From assembly GCA_017857595.1 (NCBI GenBank), contig JAFMCU010000003.1, positions 7,403 through 71,402 of the forward strand: a stretch of DNA of 64,000 nucleotides, given 5' to 3'. Numbering within the stretch: the stretch's first letter is position 1; each line of letters begins with the position of its first letter. Below are positions 29,159 to 39,262 of this stretch, piece by piece. A program made the position numbers and the translations under genes. The notes beneath the pieces were generated by a model, which saw only the letters and a list, made by a program, of their open reading frames with translations, searched no databases and was not told the DNA's origin. Origin of the DNA: Thermoprotei archaeon (lineage in GTDB: Archaea; Thermoproteota; Thermoprotei; Gearchaeales; Gearchaeaceae).

Positions 29159-29697
29159 ATAACATTTTCCAAGACCTTAGGATAAAAATAGTAGATCCTA
29201 AAAAACTTTCATTTGTAGATAAATTGCTAGTTTGGAGTAGAAGGAATTCTCTATGGCTTTTAGTCTTTGGTATAAAGTGTTGTGCAATAGAAGATTTAAT
29301 GGTTCCAGGCGCTTCGAATTATGATTTTGAGAGATTTGGTGTTCTTCCTAGGAATAGTCCAAGACAATGTGATTTGATGATAATAACAGGTCCTATAACG
29401 CATAAAATGTCTCAGCCTTTAAGGACTTTATATGAACAAATGGCAGAACCAAAGTATGTCATCGCTACAGGAGAATGTTCTATTTGTGGAGGACCTTGGA
29501 AAGGAATGTATAGTGTTTTAGATGGGGCTGACCAAGTTATTCCGGTGGATGTTTATATTCCTGGTTGTCCTCCTAAGCCTGAATCACTCATAGAAGGTAT
29601 AATTAAACTTGAAGAAAAAATTCTTAAAGGAGAAGTAAGAAGAAAGTTTCTACCTCCTACAGGTTTACCTCAATTAAAAACAGATTGGAGATGTTAA
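29149..29697 (+). CDS. nuoB: Complex I-like subunit B (N2 cluster)
   Basis: CCAIE, SPRQCD, GECSICGG, IPGCPP. Confidence 0.95.
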   Translation: MGINNIFQDLRIKIVDPKKLSFVDKLLVWSRRNSLWLLVFGIKCCAIEDLMVPGASNYDFERFGVLPRNSPRQCDLMIITGPITHKMSQPLRTLYEQMAEPKYVIATGECSICGGPWKGMYSVLDGADQVIPVDVYIPGCPPKPESLIEGIIKLEEKILKGEVRRKFLPPTGLPQLKTDWRC

Positions 29698-29698
29698 T

Positions 29699-30124
29699 AT
29701 GAGCGAGTTAAACGTAGAAGATATAAAGAAAATATTACCTTATGCTGAAATTTATAAAATTTATAAAAACAAATTTTATGCAAAAATACCAAAAGAGAAT
29801 TGGATAGATTCTGCTAGGAGATTAAAAGAAGCAGGTTTCTCTTTATTAATTACAGTTACAGGAATTGATAGGCAGAATTTTATGGAAGTTAACTATATTT
29901 GTAGAAGACCTGAAGGAAATGGTTTAGTTATTGTAGGAACTCAAATTGATAGGAGAGATCCTCGAATACCTAGCTTAGTAAATGTTTGGCTTGGAGCACA
30001 TTTTCATGAAAGAGAAACATTTGATTTATTAGGTATATATTTTGAAGGTAATCTCGATCTAAGAAGAATATTGCTCCCTGAAGATTGGGTAGGACATCCT
30101 TTGAGGAAAGATTATAAATGGTAA
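29699..30124 (+). CDS. nuoC: Complex I-like subunit C
   Basis: ERETFDLLGIYFEG, GHPLRKDY. Confidence 0.93.
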   Translation: MSELNVEDIKKILPYAEIYKIYKNKFYAKIPKENWIDSARRLKEAGFSLLITVTGIDRQNFMEVNYICRRPEGNGLVIVGTQIDRRDPRIPSLVNVWLGAHFHERETFDLLGIYFEGNLDLRRILLPEDWVGHPLRKDYKW

Positions 30125-31239
30125 ACGATCAACAAACTAGTCTGGAATCAAAAGATATAAGAACACTTACAATAAACGTTGGACCTCAGCATCCTAGTAC
30201 ACATGGCCCAATGGACATTGTAGTTACAATTGAAGGAGAAACAATAATAGGTGCAGATGTAAAGTTAGGATATATACATAGAGGCATAGAAAAGCTTTGT
30301 GAACTTAGAAATTTCTTCCAAATCCCTGTTTATCTTAATAGACTTTGCTATGTGAGTGGAATGTTTTGGGAATACGGCTTTGTAAAGGCTGTAGAAGAAA
30401 TTATGAATCAAAAAGTTCCAGAACGTGCTGAATGGTTAAGAGTTATTGCTTGCGAATTAACAAGAATAGCAAGTCATATGATATTTTTTGCCTCATTTGG
30501 AGCAGATGTAGGAAATTTAACATTGTATTCATGGGGGATTAGGGACAGAGATAGAATTATCGATGTATTAGAGCTTTTAAGCGGCCAAAGAATGACTTTT
30601 GGATATTTTAGAGTTGGTGGTGTTCGATATGATGTTCCTGTTGGGTTTGAAGATAATATTGAAAAATCTTTAAGATATGTTGAATCGCATTTAAGGGATT
30701 ATGAAAGATTGACTGTAGAAAATCCAGTCTTTATTGCAAGAACTGAAAATATTATACTTGCTGATTCTTCTAAAGCTTTAGAATTGGGATGGACCGGACC
30801 ATTATTAAGGGCTACAGGATTAAAAAGGGATCTAAGAAGAGATGAACCTTATGCAGTTTATGATACAATCGATTTTGAAATACCTACTGGAAAAAGAGGG
30901 AGTGTTTTAGATACATTTTATGTAAGAATTGAAGAGGTCAAAGAAAGCATAAAAATAGTTAGGCAAGCTATTAAAAGAATTCCTTCAGGACCTTTTCAGC
31001 ATAGAGCATTACTATATCCTCCTCCAGGCATTGGTTATGCCCATGTTGAAGATTCAAGAGGAGAATGTGGTTATATGATTGTTAGTGACGGTTCACCAAA
31101 GCCTTACAGAGTAAAAATAAGGAGCCCCGCATATGTTCATGTAATGAGTTTGCCCTATATATTAAAGGGATTGAAGTTAGCAGATTTATATGCTGTCATT
31201 GGAGCAATAGATCCTTGCTTAGGAGAAATTGATAGATAA
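30118..31239 (+). CDS. nuoD: Complex I-like subunit D (no complete NiFe CxxC motifs)
   Basis: GPQHPSTHG, GYIHRGIEK, RLCY, C-terminal DPCLGEIDR. Confidence 0.93.
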   Translation: MVNDQQTSLESKDIRTLTINVGPQHPSTHGPMDIVVTIEGETIIGADVKLGYIHRGIEKLCELRNFFQIPVYLNRLCYVSGMFWEYGFVKAVEEIMNQKVPERAEWLRVIACELTRIASHMIFFASFGADVGNLTLYSWGIRDRDRIIDVLELLSGQRMTFGYFRVGGVRYDVPVGFEDNIEKSLRYVESHLRDYERLTVENPVFIARTENIILADSSKALELGWTGPLLRATGLKRDLRRDEPYAVYDTIDFEIPTGKRGSVLDTFYVRIEEVKESIKIVRQAIKRIPSGPFQHRALLYPPPGIGYAHVEDSRGECGYMIVSDGSPKPYRVKIRSPAYVHVMSLPYILKGLKLADLYAVIGAIDPCLGEIDR

Positions 31240-31273
31240 ATATATATACTACACTCTTTAAAAAATCTCTCAT

Positions 31274-32359
31274 ATGATTACAGAATTATACTTGCCTCCT
31301 TTTTTATATGACATTTTTAAATCTGCTGTTGCAACGATAATTGCCATTGTTTTCACATTATTAAACGTCATAATTTTTATCTATGCTGAAAGGAAAGTTT
31401 GGGCAAGATCGATGCAAAGAATGGGGCCTACTTACGTAGGAAAATGGGGCTCATTACAACTTATAGCCGATCTTATTAAGTTATTGAGCAAGGAAATAAT
31501 TGTTCCCTCAAAAGCTAATAGAGTTGCATTTTTGTTATTACCAATATTAGTTGCCATCGTATCTTTGATGATAGCGATAATTCTTCCTTATGATTATGTA
31601 GTATTTTACACTTTACAAATTTTTCAACCCTTAATCCCCTCAGTTAGTTACCTAACAAAATTTGTAGTCTCTAATTCCTTCACAGCTGGCTTGTTTATTA
31701 TTTATGTGGTATTGGGCTTGAATCCTGTTTTGATATTGCTAACAGGTTGGGTTAGTAACAATAAATATACCGTCGTTGGTGGTTTTAGAGCAGCTGCACA
31801 ACTTCTAAGCTTTGAAATACCATTATTAGTTGTTATTGCTTCAGTAGTTGTTTTAACAAATTCATTGAATTTATATGATATTGTTAATATGCAGCAAAAA
31901 GTTTGGTTTGTAATTGTTGCTCCACTTGCATTTATATTATTTTTAATCACAACTTTAGCTGAGGGAGAAAGAACACCGTTTGATATTCCTGATGCAGAAA
32001 GCGAGATAATAGCAGGATGGAATACAGAATATAGCGCAGCTCCATACGCACTTTTATTAATGGGCATGTATGCTAGAGCTTTCTTTAGTGCAACATTAAT
32101 TGCAATATTGTTTTTTGGAGGATGGTTAGGACCTACTCTTCCCGGTTTTTTAGCGCCTTTTAGTGGACCTTTTTGGTTGATGCTTAAGACTTATTTCTTT
32201 ATGATACTTTTTATTGTTATTAGAGCAGCTTTTCCAAGATATAGAATCGACCAACTTTTAAGTTTAAATTGGACGAAGTTATTACCTTTATCTATAGTTA
32301 ACTTAATATTGGTAGTCATAGCAAAGTATATTGTACTATCATTGGGGTTGATATCATGA
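31274..32359 (+). CDS. nuoH: Complex I-like subunit H
   Basis: ERK...QRMGP, QLIADLIKLLSKE, RTPFDIPDAESE, PRYRIDQ. Confidence 0.95.
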   Translation: MITELYLPPFLYDIFKSAVATIIAIVFTLLNVIIFIYAERKVWARSMQRMGPTYVGKWGSLQLIADLIKLLSKEIIVPSKANRVAFLLLPILVAIVSLMIAIILPYDYVVFYTLQIFQPLIPSVSYLTKFVVSNSFTAGLFIIYVVLGLNPVLILLTGWVSNNKYTVVGGFRAAAQLLSFEIPLLVVIASVVVLTNSLNLYDIVNMQQKVWFVIVAPLAFILFLITTLAEGERTPFDIPDAESEIIAGWNTEYSAAPYALLLMGMYARAFFSATLIAILFFGGWLGPTLPGFLAPFSGPFWLMLKTYFFMILFIVIRAAFPRYRIDQLLSLNWTKLLPLSIVNLILVVIAKYIVLSLGLIS

Positions 32360-32787
32360 GCAGAGTAAGAGAAATTTTTAATGCTGTTTATAGGATCATA
32401 TATGGCTCTTTATTAGCTACATACGCTGCAACAAAGTATCTTTTTTTAAGAAGACCCACAATAGAATATCCAACTCAAACAATACAGTTTACAGAAAGAT
32501 ACAGAGGTGCATTGGAAGTTGATGATAATCTATGCGTAGGCTGTGGCATATGCGCAAAAGTTTGTCCAAACACATGTATTTTTATGGTACCTTATGAAAA
32601 GGGCAATCCTGCAATGATCCCTGAAATTGATTTACAACATTGTATGTACTGCGGTTTATGTGTAGATTATTGTCCTCCTGGAGCTATTTATCATACGCAC
32701 GTTGTAAAAATTGTTGGATTCAAGAGATCAGACCTCTATTTATCTCAAGAGAAAGTCACAAATGTTCAAGAACTAGAATATAAATGA
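32356..32787 (+). CDS. nuoI: Complex I-like subunit I (2x[4Fe-4S])
   Basis: CVGCGICAKVCP, CMYCGLCVDYCP. Confidence 0.93.
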   Translation: MSRVREIFNAVYRIIYGSLLATYAATKYLFLRRPTIEYPTQTIQFTERYRGALEVDDNLCVGCGICAKVCPNTCIFMVPYEKGNPAMIPEIDLQHCMYCGLCVDYCPPGAIYHTHVVKIVGFKRSDLYLSQEKVTNVQELEYK

Positions 32788-33266
32788 CATTTGATACTAC
32801 AATTTATATCATTGCAGTAGCATTGGTTATTTTATTTTCTTATTTAGCTATCAGAACTAAGAGTATTTTAATATCATTGATATATTTAGTGGGGATGTAC
32901 GCTGCCGGAGCTTGGGCATTAATTCAAGTAGGGGCATGGTTCTTGGCGTTAATTTATTTATTTGTGAATGCTGGCGGAGTTTTAGTTTTAATTATATTTG
33001 CATCCATGTTAACAAGACCAGCTAGGGATATACCAACTAATAGAAGAATTACATTTTATGGAATTATTACTTCAACATTGCTTATTGCTTTAATTGGTTA
33101 CTACATGTATGCAAGCAATATAAATTATGTTGCATCTTACTCATCCAATTATTACAGTATAGCATCATTCATTTTCTCTTATTATTTTATAGGCATAATA
33201 GTAGTAGCAATAGCTGCTCTTTCAATATATTTCGGTGCAATATATGTAGCAGGTGAAGAAAAATGA
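32784..33266 (+). CDS. nuoJ: Complex I-like subunit J
   Basis: 5 TM, AWFLALIYLFVNAGGVLVL; position in the operon. Confidence 0.82.
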   Translation: MTFDTTIYIIAVALVILFSYLAIRTKSILISLIYLVGMYAAGAWALIQVGAWFLALIYLFVNAGGVLVLIIFASMLTRPARDIPTNRRITFYGIITSTLLIALIGYYMYASNINYVASYSSNYYSIASFIFSYYFIGIIVVAIAALSIYFGAIYVAGEEK

Positions 33267-33565
33267 TTGACGTCTTAGTTGCAATACTTGTTGTATTGCC
33301 TGCCTTTGGCATAGGAATATTTGGTCTTTTAGCAAGAAGGCATTTCATAAGAATAATAATATCTGTTGAAATTGCACTTAATGCAGTCATTCTGACGTTG
33401 GGTGTATTTTCAGCACTTAATGGAACAATGGGAGAAGCGATCGGCATATTATTTTTATTCATAATAGCAATGGAAGTTGCGATTGGATTGGCTATAGCTA
33501 TACAAATGGATAAGGTATTTCAGACAGTTGATATTTATGCAGTAAGAAAAATAAAGGACGAATAA
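33263..33565 (+). CDS. nuoK: Complex I-like subunit K
   Basis: SVEIALNA, AMEVAIGLA. Confidence 0.9.
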   Translation: MIDVLVAILVVLPAFGIGIFGLLARRHFIRIIISVEIALNAVILTLGVFSALNGTMGEAIGILFLFIIAMEVAIGLAIAIQMDKVFQTVDIYAVRKIKDE

Positions 33566-33567
33566 AT

Positions 33568-34998
33568 ATGGTAAACTTAGTAAATTTAGAAAATACTATA
33601 TTTTACTTATTCGCACCTTTTATATTATTCATTTTCAGTTTAATAGTTGCAATCGTAGGTTTATTCAAAAAATATTTAGTTGCTAAGATTTTATCATACA
33701 TCTCATTACTGTTAGCTTTAATAACATCGATATATTTTCTGTCTTATTCAAGCGCATTATTTTTATTTAATGGAAAAATAATTATTGATAAATTTTCTTT
33801 AATTGTTTGGATAGCTTTAATAATAGGAGCATTTTTCTCTTTATCATCAATGGAAAATGACCTTATATCCAGAGAAGCACTTCCATTACTTCTTTTATCA
33901 CTCTCATTAGCATTGATCGCTATCATTTCTAGAGATTTGCTAATTTTGTTTTTAGCCGTTGAAGGAAGCATATTGCCAACATATGCGTTGGTTGCGCAGT
34001 TTAAGAAAGAACCTTTCTCTCTTGAAGCAACCGTAAAATATTTTATTTTTGGTATTCTAGCTACTTTGTTATTTGCATACGGTATTACTGTTATTTTTGG
34101 TAATTTAGGGTCAACATCATTTGCTATCATTTCAGATAAGATTCCAAATTCAAATTTGTTACTATCAGTTCTTGGCTTTATTTTAATAATTTTATCATTA
34201 GGTATTAAATCAACACTTGTTCCATTGCATACATGGGCGATAGACACATATCAAGGAGCACCAACCAGTATTACTGTCTTTCTATCAACAACATCTAAAA
34301 TTCTAGGTATTTCAGTAATAGCCTTGCTTATTACAGGGCCATTCAGCGGATTGTATAAGTTCACTACTATCTATTATATACTTGTAGCTTTTGCATTGCT
34401 AACTTTAGTAGTGCCTAATATAGCTGCACTCATACAACGCGATCTAAAAAGACTGTTAGCGTATTCATCAATTGCACATGCTGGTTATATGTCTTTAATA
34501 TTCGTCTTTCCATTCCAGACAATTTACATTTTAGGATACTATCTTATAACTTATAGCATTGCTAAATCAGTTAGCTTCATGGTTGTAAAGATTATATCTG
34601 GTGAAGGTAGCTACAGTTCTTATGATTCTTTAAGGGGTCTTTTTAAATCCAATCCTTTAATAGCTTTTGCATTTTCAATCAGCTTGTTATCGTTAGCTGG
34701 AATACCTCCCTTTGCAGGTTTTATGGCAAAGTTCTTGCTATTTTTATCAACAGCTTTATCAAGTAGTGTAGGAATTTCCTTAGCTTTAATAGCATTAATA
34801 ATGAGCGGTGTATCTGTTTATTATTATGTTATTGTTATTAGGTTTGCCTCTTCAAAAAGTTTAGGAAACGGTAATGAAAAGTTATTGAACCTCAGCTTTG
34901 AAAAATATTTATTTTTAATATTATCTATTGTTTTGTTGATTGTGCTAACTTTCTTTCCTAATTACTTTTTTGTTTCAATCCCAATAATTTCTCCTTAA
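33568..34998 (+). CDS. nuoN: Complex I-like antiporter subunit N
   Basis: EATVKYF, KSTLVPLHTWAIDTYQGAP, KRLLAYSSIAHAG, LAGIPPFAGF..KF. Confidence 0.92.
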   Translation: MVNLVNLENTIFYLFAPFILFIFSLIVAIVGLFKKYLVAKILSYISLLLALITSIYFLSYSSALFLFNGKIIIDKFSLIVWIALIIGAFFSLSSMENDLISREALPLLLLSLSLALIAIISRDLLILFLAVEGSILPTYALVAQFKKEPFSLEATVKYFIFGILATLLFAYGITVIFGNLGSTSFAIISDKIPNSNLLLSVLGFILIILSLGIKSTLVPLHTWAIDTYQGAPTSITVFLSTTSKILGISVIALLITGPFSGLYKFTTIYYILVAFALLTLVVPNIAALIQRDLKRLLAYSSIAHAGYMSLIFVFPFQTIYILGYYLITYSIAKSVSFMVVKIISGEGSYSSYDSLRGLFKSNPLIAFAFSISLLSLAGIPPFAGFMAKFLLFLSTALSSSVGISLALIALIMSGVSVYYYVIVIRFASSKSLGNGNEKLLNLSFEKYLFLILSIVLLIVLTFFPNYFFVSIPIISP

Positions 34999-35037
34999 TT
35001 AATTTAATTGAATAAAAGCTTTGTTTTTCTGGAAGAA

Positions 35038-35961
35038 TTAGACGTCCGATGTTAAATCACATATATCTATGATAAGATTTGCTATGTCATCGAAAATTTT
35101 AATTATTGTTGTATTATTAGCTACTTCTTTAACCTTATTAATTAAATTTAATATTTCTTTCTTTACTTCTTCATTATTCATACCTTTATTCCTCAAAAAG
35201 TTAATCAATGCTTTTTCTTGAAGCTTTTGAAGTTCTAGAGCAAATTCATGAATCGTATTCAAAAATTCTTCTTTAAATTTCCCGTTGGAATTAATAAGTT
35301 CGTTAATTAATTTTGCAGTTTCATCACCTATTTTTTCTATTATTTCTCCAACAAGCCTTAAATCCATGCAATTTATCATTGTTAAATTCAATTTGTTCAT
35401 AAGAATAGGTTTAGTGATAATACTTCTCATCTGCCTTACAAAAAGGAAATATAACCTATCTATTTCTGTCTCTCTTTCTAATAATCTTTGTAAGAAATGT
35501 TTATCATTATGGGATTTTAAAGCGTCTACATACATCATTGAAGCAATTGAATTTATCCTAAATAACAATTTTATAGGATCAATTGAAGATTCATTTACCA
35601 GTGTTTGGAGAACGATTAAATTCCTTGATTCTTCAACTATTTCAATTCCACTCAATTTCTTTGCAACCTCTAATATTTCTTCTCTTTCATGTTGATTCAA
35701 CCCTGTTTTTGAGAAAATTTTTATTGTATCATATCCTAGCAAATAGTAGCTTATTATTTTTCTCGAAATGTTCTTTTTATCATATTCAATATCTACAACC
35801 TTTTCATCTTTATTTTCCTTGGCAGGGCATATAGCAATTTCTCCATTTTCTTTTATTATTAAATTTATCTCATCGCCTTTTGTAATATTTAATTTAGATA
35901 TCCATTCTTTTGGTAGCGATATATAAAAAGTGTTTCCAATTTGTTGTATCTTCCTTATCAT
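35038..35961 (-). CDS. AbrB-PhoU phosphate-uptake-regulator-like protein
   Basis: RKIQQIG.TFYISLPKEW (AbrB), ETEIDRLY, IEKIGD (PhoU). CAT at 35959-35961 and TTA at 35038-35040 put it on the minus strand, contrary to the track label. Confidence 0.88.
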   Translation of the reverse strand: MIRKIQQIGNTFYISLPKEWISKLNITKGDEINLIIKENGEIAICPAKENKDEKVVDIEYDKKNISRKIISYYLLGYDTIKIFSKTGLNQHEREEILEVAKKLSGIEIVEESRNLIVLQTLVNESSIDPIKLLFRINSIASMMYVDALKSHNDKHFLQRLLERETEIDRLYFLFVRQMRSIITKPILMNKLNLTMINCMDLRLVGEIIEKIGDETAKLINELINSNGKFKEEFLNTIHEFALELQKLQEKALINFLRNKGMNNEEVKKEILNLINKVKEVANNTTIIKIFDDIANLIIDICDLTSDV

Positions 35962-36044
35962 TTAATCAATTATTATTAAATCATGCAAATTAGATAAATT
36001 TAAATCTCTAGAAAAGTTTAAATAGGTTTTTAAGTAGGTTTTTC

Positions 36045-36857
36045 ATGCAAGATAACCTTCAAATTAATCATTTTCTTTCAACTCTGATTGGAAAATCGAA
36101 AAATACAAAGAAAGTTTATCTACACACAATTCAAAAATTTATCAATTTTGTTAGAAAAGAAAACTATGACCAATTTGATGTGATAAACTACTTAAATTAT
36201 CTTGACTCTATAGGTCAAAAAATATCAACTATAAGGTTAGTGGCAGTAGTTTTAAAGCGTTATCTGAAATTTTTGGGAAAAGATACTTCAAAAATTGTTT
36301 TACCTAAAATGGGAAATGAAATTAAGAACATATATGTTAGAGAAAAATACTTAAAAGATTTTTTGAATGCCTTTGATTCATTTCGTGATAAACTTATTGT
36401 AAGATTTATTTTGCTAACAGGATGTAGAGTTGGGGAAGTAGCAAACCTTAGAGTTGAAGATATAGATTTTGATAAGAGAATGATTAAAATCGTTGACCAT
36501 GGAAAGTATGAAATAAAGAAGCAAAGAATAGTACCAATAGATAAAGTAACTTGTGATATGTTAAAAGAATTTATTGGTGAAAGAAAAACAGGAAGCGTAT
36601 TTAATTTGAGTGTGAGAGCTATTCAAAAGATAATAAAGAAAGGGGCATTAAAATCTAAAATACCTTATTGTGACAAAATAACTCCTCATAAACTTAGACA
36701 TACTATGGCAATTTATTGGATAACTAAAGGAGGAGATTTAAGAACGCTTCAAAGAATATTAGGTCATAATAGCATTAAGACTACAGAAATTTACTTAGAT
36801 TACGATATACAGGACATGATTAAAGTATACGATAGAATTTCTGAAAAACTTCTGTGA
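36045..36857 (+). CDS. xerA: Tyrosine recombinase, XerA-like
   Basis: TGCRVGE, GK, HKLRHT, LGH, TEIY (R-K-H-R-H-Y set intact); flanked by housekeeping genes. Confidence 0.8.
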   Translation: MQDNLQINHFLSTLIGKSKNTKKVYLHTIQKFINFVRKENYDQFDVINYLNYLDSIGQKISTIRLVAVVLKRYLKFLGKDTSKIVLPKMGNEIKNIYVREKYLKDFLNAFDSFRDKLIVRFILLTGCRVGEVANLRVEDIDFDKRMIKIVDHGKYEIKKQRIVPIDKVTCDMLKEFIGERKTGSVFNLSVRAIQKIIKKGALKSKIPYCDKITPHKLRHTMAIYWITKGGDLRTLQRILGHNSIKTTEIYLDYDIQDMIKVYDRISEKLL

Positions 36858-36904
36858 TTTCATTAAATAGAAAGCGTTATAAGCAATTTTTTGAAATATT
36901 TTAA

Positions 36905-37939
36905 ATGACTCATTGGAGATTTATAACTGAAGTAGGAGATGCTGCATACAATTTAGCTGTTACTGAAGTTATTCTTAGAAGTGTAGGCAACTTGAGAGCT
37001 AACAATACATTAAGAATAGCTTATTGTAATCCAAATTCAGTAATTATTGGTATTCAACATATTCCTTCTCAAATAATTAATATTCCCGAGTTAAGAAACT
37101 TAAAGTTCAATATTGCAAGAAGGTTAACAAGTGGTTCGCCAATCTTTTTTACGGATAAACAAATAGCAATACAATTCTTTGTTTATGATCAAGCCCCTTC
37201 AAAAAATATTCTCAGGAATAAAATAATATCCTGTATAATTGAAGCATTTAAACAAATGGGATTGGAGGTTAACTTTCAAGAACCTTATAAAATTCTCTGT
37301 AATGGCAGAATGATCGCATATCTAGATACATTAAGAATAAATCATGGACTTTCGATTTCTCTTTTCATAAACGTAGAAAATGATGCAGATTACAGAGAAA
37401 AAATTCTTACTGACAAGTACGCAGCAAATTTAAAGAATTATTTATATGGAATTACAAATGTTAACTTTGAATTAGGAGGAAATTTTTCCAAAACTGAATT
37501 AATTGAAACATTTAAATCAGCAATAAAGAAGGAATTTGAAGTCAGTTTTTCTAATGAACACTTAAATCAGTATGAAAACTTACTTTTGAAGTCGCATATT
37601 GAAAAACACACAATGAGTGAATGGATCCTTGGCTTTAGAAATATTAGTGAATTTATTTCACCTGATGTAAAATCTATTACAATTAATACGAATGAAGGTT
37701 TTATAACTGTTGTTGCATCTACAAATAGAGGCTTAATAACTAATTTGCATATTTCAGGAGACTTTTACATCTATCCACCAGAGGCTTTAAATGCATTAGA
37801 AGTAGGTTTAAAATTTTCTCCAGCAGATGATAGTTACATTCAGGATTATGTTGCAAGATATATAAAGATAGCAAAGGTTCAAATATTTGGTATTAAAGAA
37901 ATTGACATCGTCGAAGCAATCAAAAAAGCAGTATTATGA
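36905..37939 (+). CDS. Lipoate-protein ligase A-like protein with degenerate active site
   Basis: AYNLAVTE, SVIIG..., ARRLTSG, C-terminal ISGDF.IYP domain; catalytic motifs altered (see findings). Confidence 0.7.
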   Translation: MTHWRFITEVGDAAYNLAVTEVILRSVGNLRANNTLRIAYCNPNSVIIGIQHIPSQIINIPELRNLKFNIARRLTSGSPIFFTDKQIAIQFFVYDQAPSKNILRNKIISCIIEAFKQMGLEVNFQEPYKILCNGRMIAYLDTLRINHGLSISLFINVENDADYREKILTDKYAANLKNYLYGITNVNFELGGNFSKTELIETFKSAIKKEFEVSFSNEHLNQYENLLLKSHIEKHTMSEWILGFRNISEFISPDVKSITINTNEGFITVVASTNRGLITNLHISGDFYIYPPEALNALEVGLKFSPADDSYIQDYVARYIKIAKVQIFGIKEIDIVEAIKKAVL

Positions 37940-38609
37940 TTTTAATAAAATATATCAGAAAATATTAAATAAAAATTTTACAGTAAAAGAAGCTAGAGAA
38001 CTACAGAGATTTATTTCACAAAATCTTAACGAAGTACCTTTAAGCAATTTTAAATTGGTAGCTGGTATTGATTCTTCTTATTACAAGAACAAAATAATAA
38101 CTTCAATAGTATTTTATGACGTATCAGGCAAAAAAATCGTATATCAAAATTATTTAATAGACAAGGTCAATTTTCCCTACATACCAACTTTATTATTCTT
38201 AAGAGAAGGACCTTTGCATGTAAGAATTATAGTTGAGACAGAACTTAAGGCAGATGCATATTTAATAGACGGTCATGGAAAAGCACATCCTCTTAGAGCT
38301 GGTTTAGCGAGTTTTGTAGGTTATTTTTCTAAGATGCCTACAATAGGTGTAGCTAAGAGTAAATTGTTTGGAAGCATTGAATGGTCAAATAATGAAGGAA
38401 ATATTGTTGCAGAAAATGAAATTATTGGTAAAGTAATAAAGCTATGTAACAGAAATTTGTATATCAGTGTAGGTTGCAATATTGATTTAGAATCTAGTGT
38501 TAATGTATTTAAGGCTTCAATCGTTGGTTGTGAATGTTATCCTTTAACAAAGGCACATGAACTTTGCACAAAAATAGCTAACGATATTAAGGAAAAATCT
38601 ATAAAATGA
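37887..38609 (+). CDS. nfi: Endonuclease V
   Basis: AGIDSSY, FPYIPTLLFLRE, IDGHGKAHP, PTIGVAKS; no early ATG, so start uncertain. Confidence 0.92.
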   Translation: MVLKKLTSSKQSKKQYYDFNKIYQKILNKNFTVKEARELQRFISQNLNEVPLSNFKLVAGIDSSYYKNKIITSIVFYDVSGKKIVYQNYLIDKVNFPYIPTLLFLREGPLHVRIIVETELKADAYLIDGHGKAHPLRAGLASFVGYFSKMPTIGVAKSKLFGSIEWSNNEGNIVAENEIIGKVIKLCNRNLYISVGCNIDLESSVNVFKASIVGCECYPLTKAHELCTKIANDIKEKSIK

Positions 38610-38614
38610 ATTGA

Positions 38615-39226
38615 ATGAAGGTAGTAAAATTTGTATTTCCTCCATTGGACAATAACGTTTATTTAGCTTACGATAAATCAGAAGGAGTAGTTATAGATGT
38701 TGCTTTAGGAGCTGATGCTATAGTAGAATTTGTTAAGAAACATAATATCAACATTCTTTATTTAATTAATACACATGCCCATATTGATCATACAGCTCAT
38801 AATTATAAATTAAAGGAATTACTTGGAATAAAAATAGCTTTACACAAAAATGACCACGCATTATTAAAGGAATTTTTCAATTCAAATTATCCGTTTATAC
38901 ATGAAGAATTTAAATATGTTGAACCTGATGTTCTTTTAGAGGACGGGCAAATTATCAAATTTGGTAATGTAGAAATGAAAGTAATCCATACACCAGGTCA
39001 CACACCAGGTTCTATTTGTTTATATGTTGAGAATGAAGGCATTCTTTTTTCTGGTGATACATTATTTGCGGGCACATATGGTAGAACTGATTTCCCATAC
39101 AGTAGTGAGGAAGATATGATTAAAAGCTTAAGAAAGTTAAGCAATTTACCTAAAGACGTAAAAGTATATCCAGGTCATTATGAGGAAACAAAAATAGGTT
39201 ATGAAAGTTGGCTAAAAGAAATTTGA
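38615..39226 (+). CDS. MBL-fold hydrolase (glyoxalase II-like)
   Basis: THAHIDH, TPGHTPG, SGDTLF, YPGH. Confidence 0.92.
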   Translation: MKVVKFVFPPLDNNVYLAYDKSEGVVIDVALGADAIVEFVKKHNINILYLINTHAHIDHTAHNYKLKELLGIKIALHKNDHALLKEFFNSNYPFIHEEFKYVEPDVLLEDGQIIKFGNVEMKVIHTPGHTPGSICLYVENEGILFSGDTLFAGTYGRTDFPYSSEEDMIKSLRKLSNLPKDVKVYPGHYEETKIGYESWLKEI

Positions 39227-39262
39227 AAGTAATGTTAAATATAAGCTTACATTGAAAAATTT

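Noticed and set aside
28802-34998. Group 4 [NiFe] hydrogenase
   Set aside because: The large subunit lacks both complete CxxC motifs and there are no maturation genes nearby.
35038-35961. ORF-track label placing this gene on the + strand
   Set aside because: The listed protein is encoded by the reverse complement (CAT at 35959-35961, TTA at 35038-35040).
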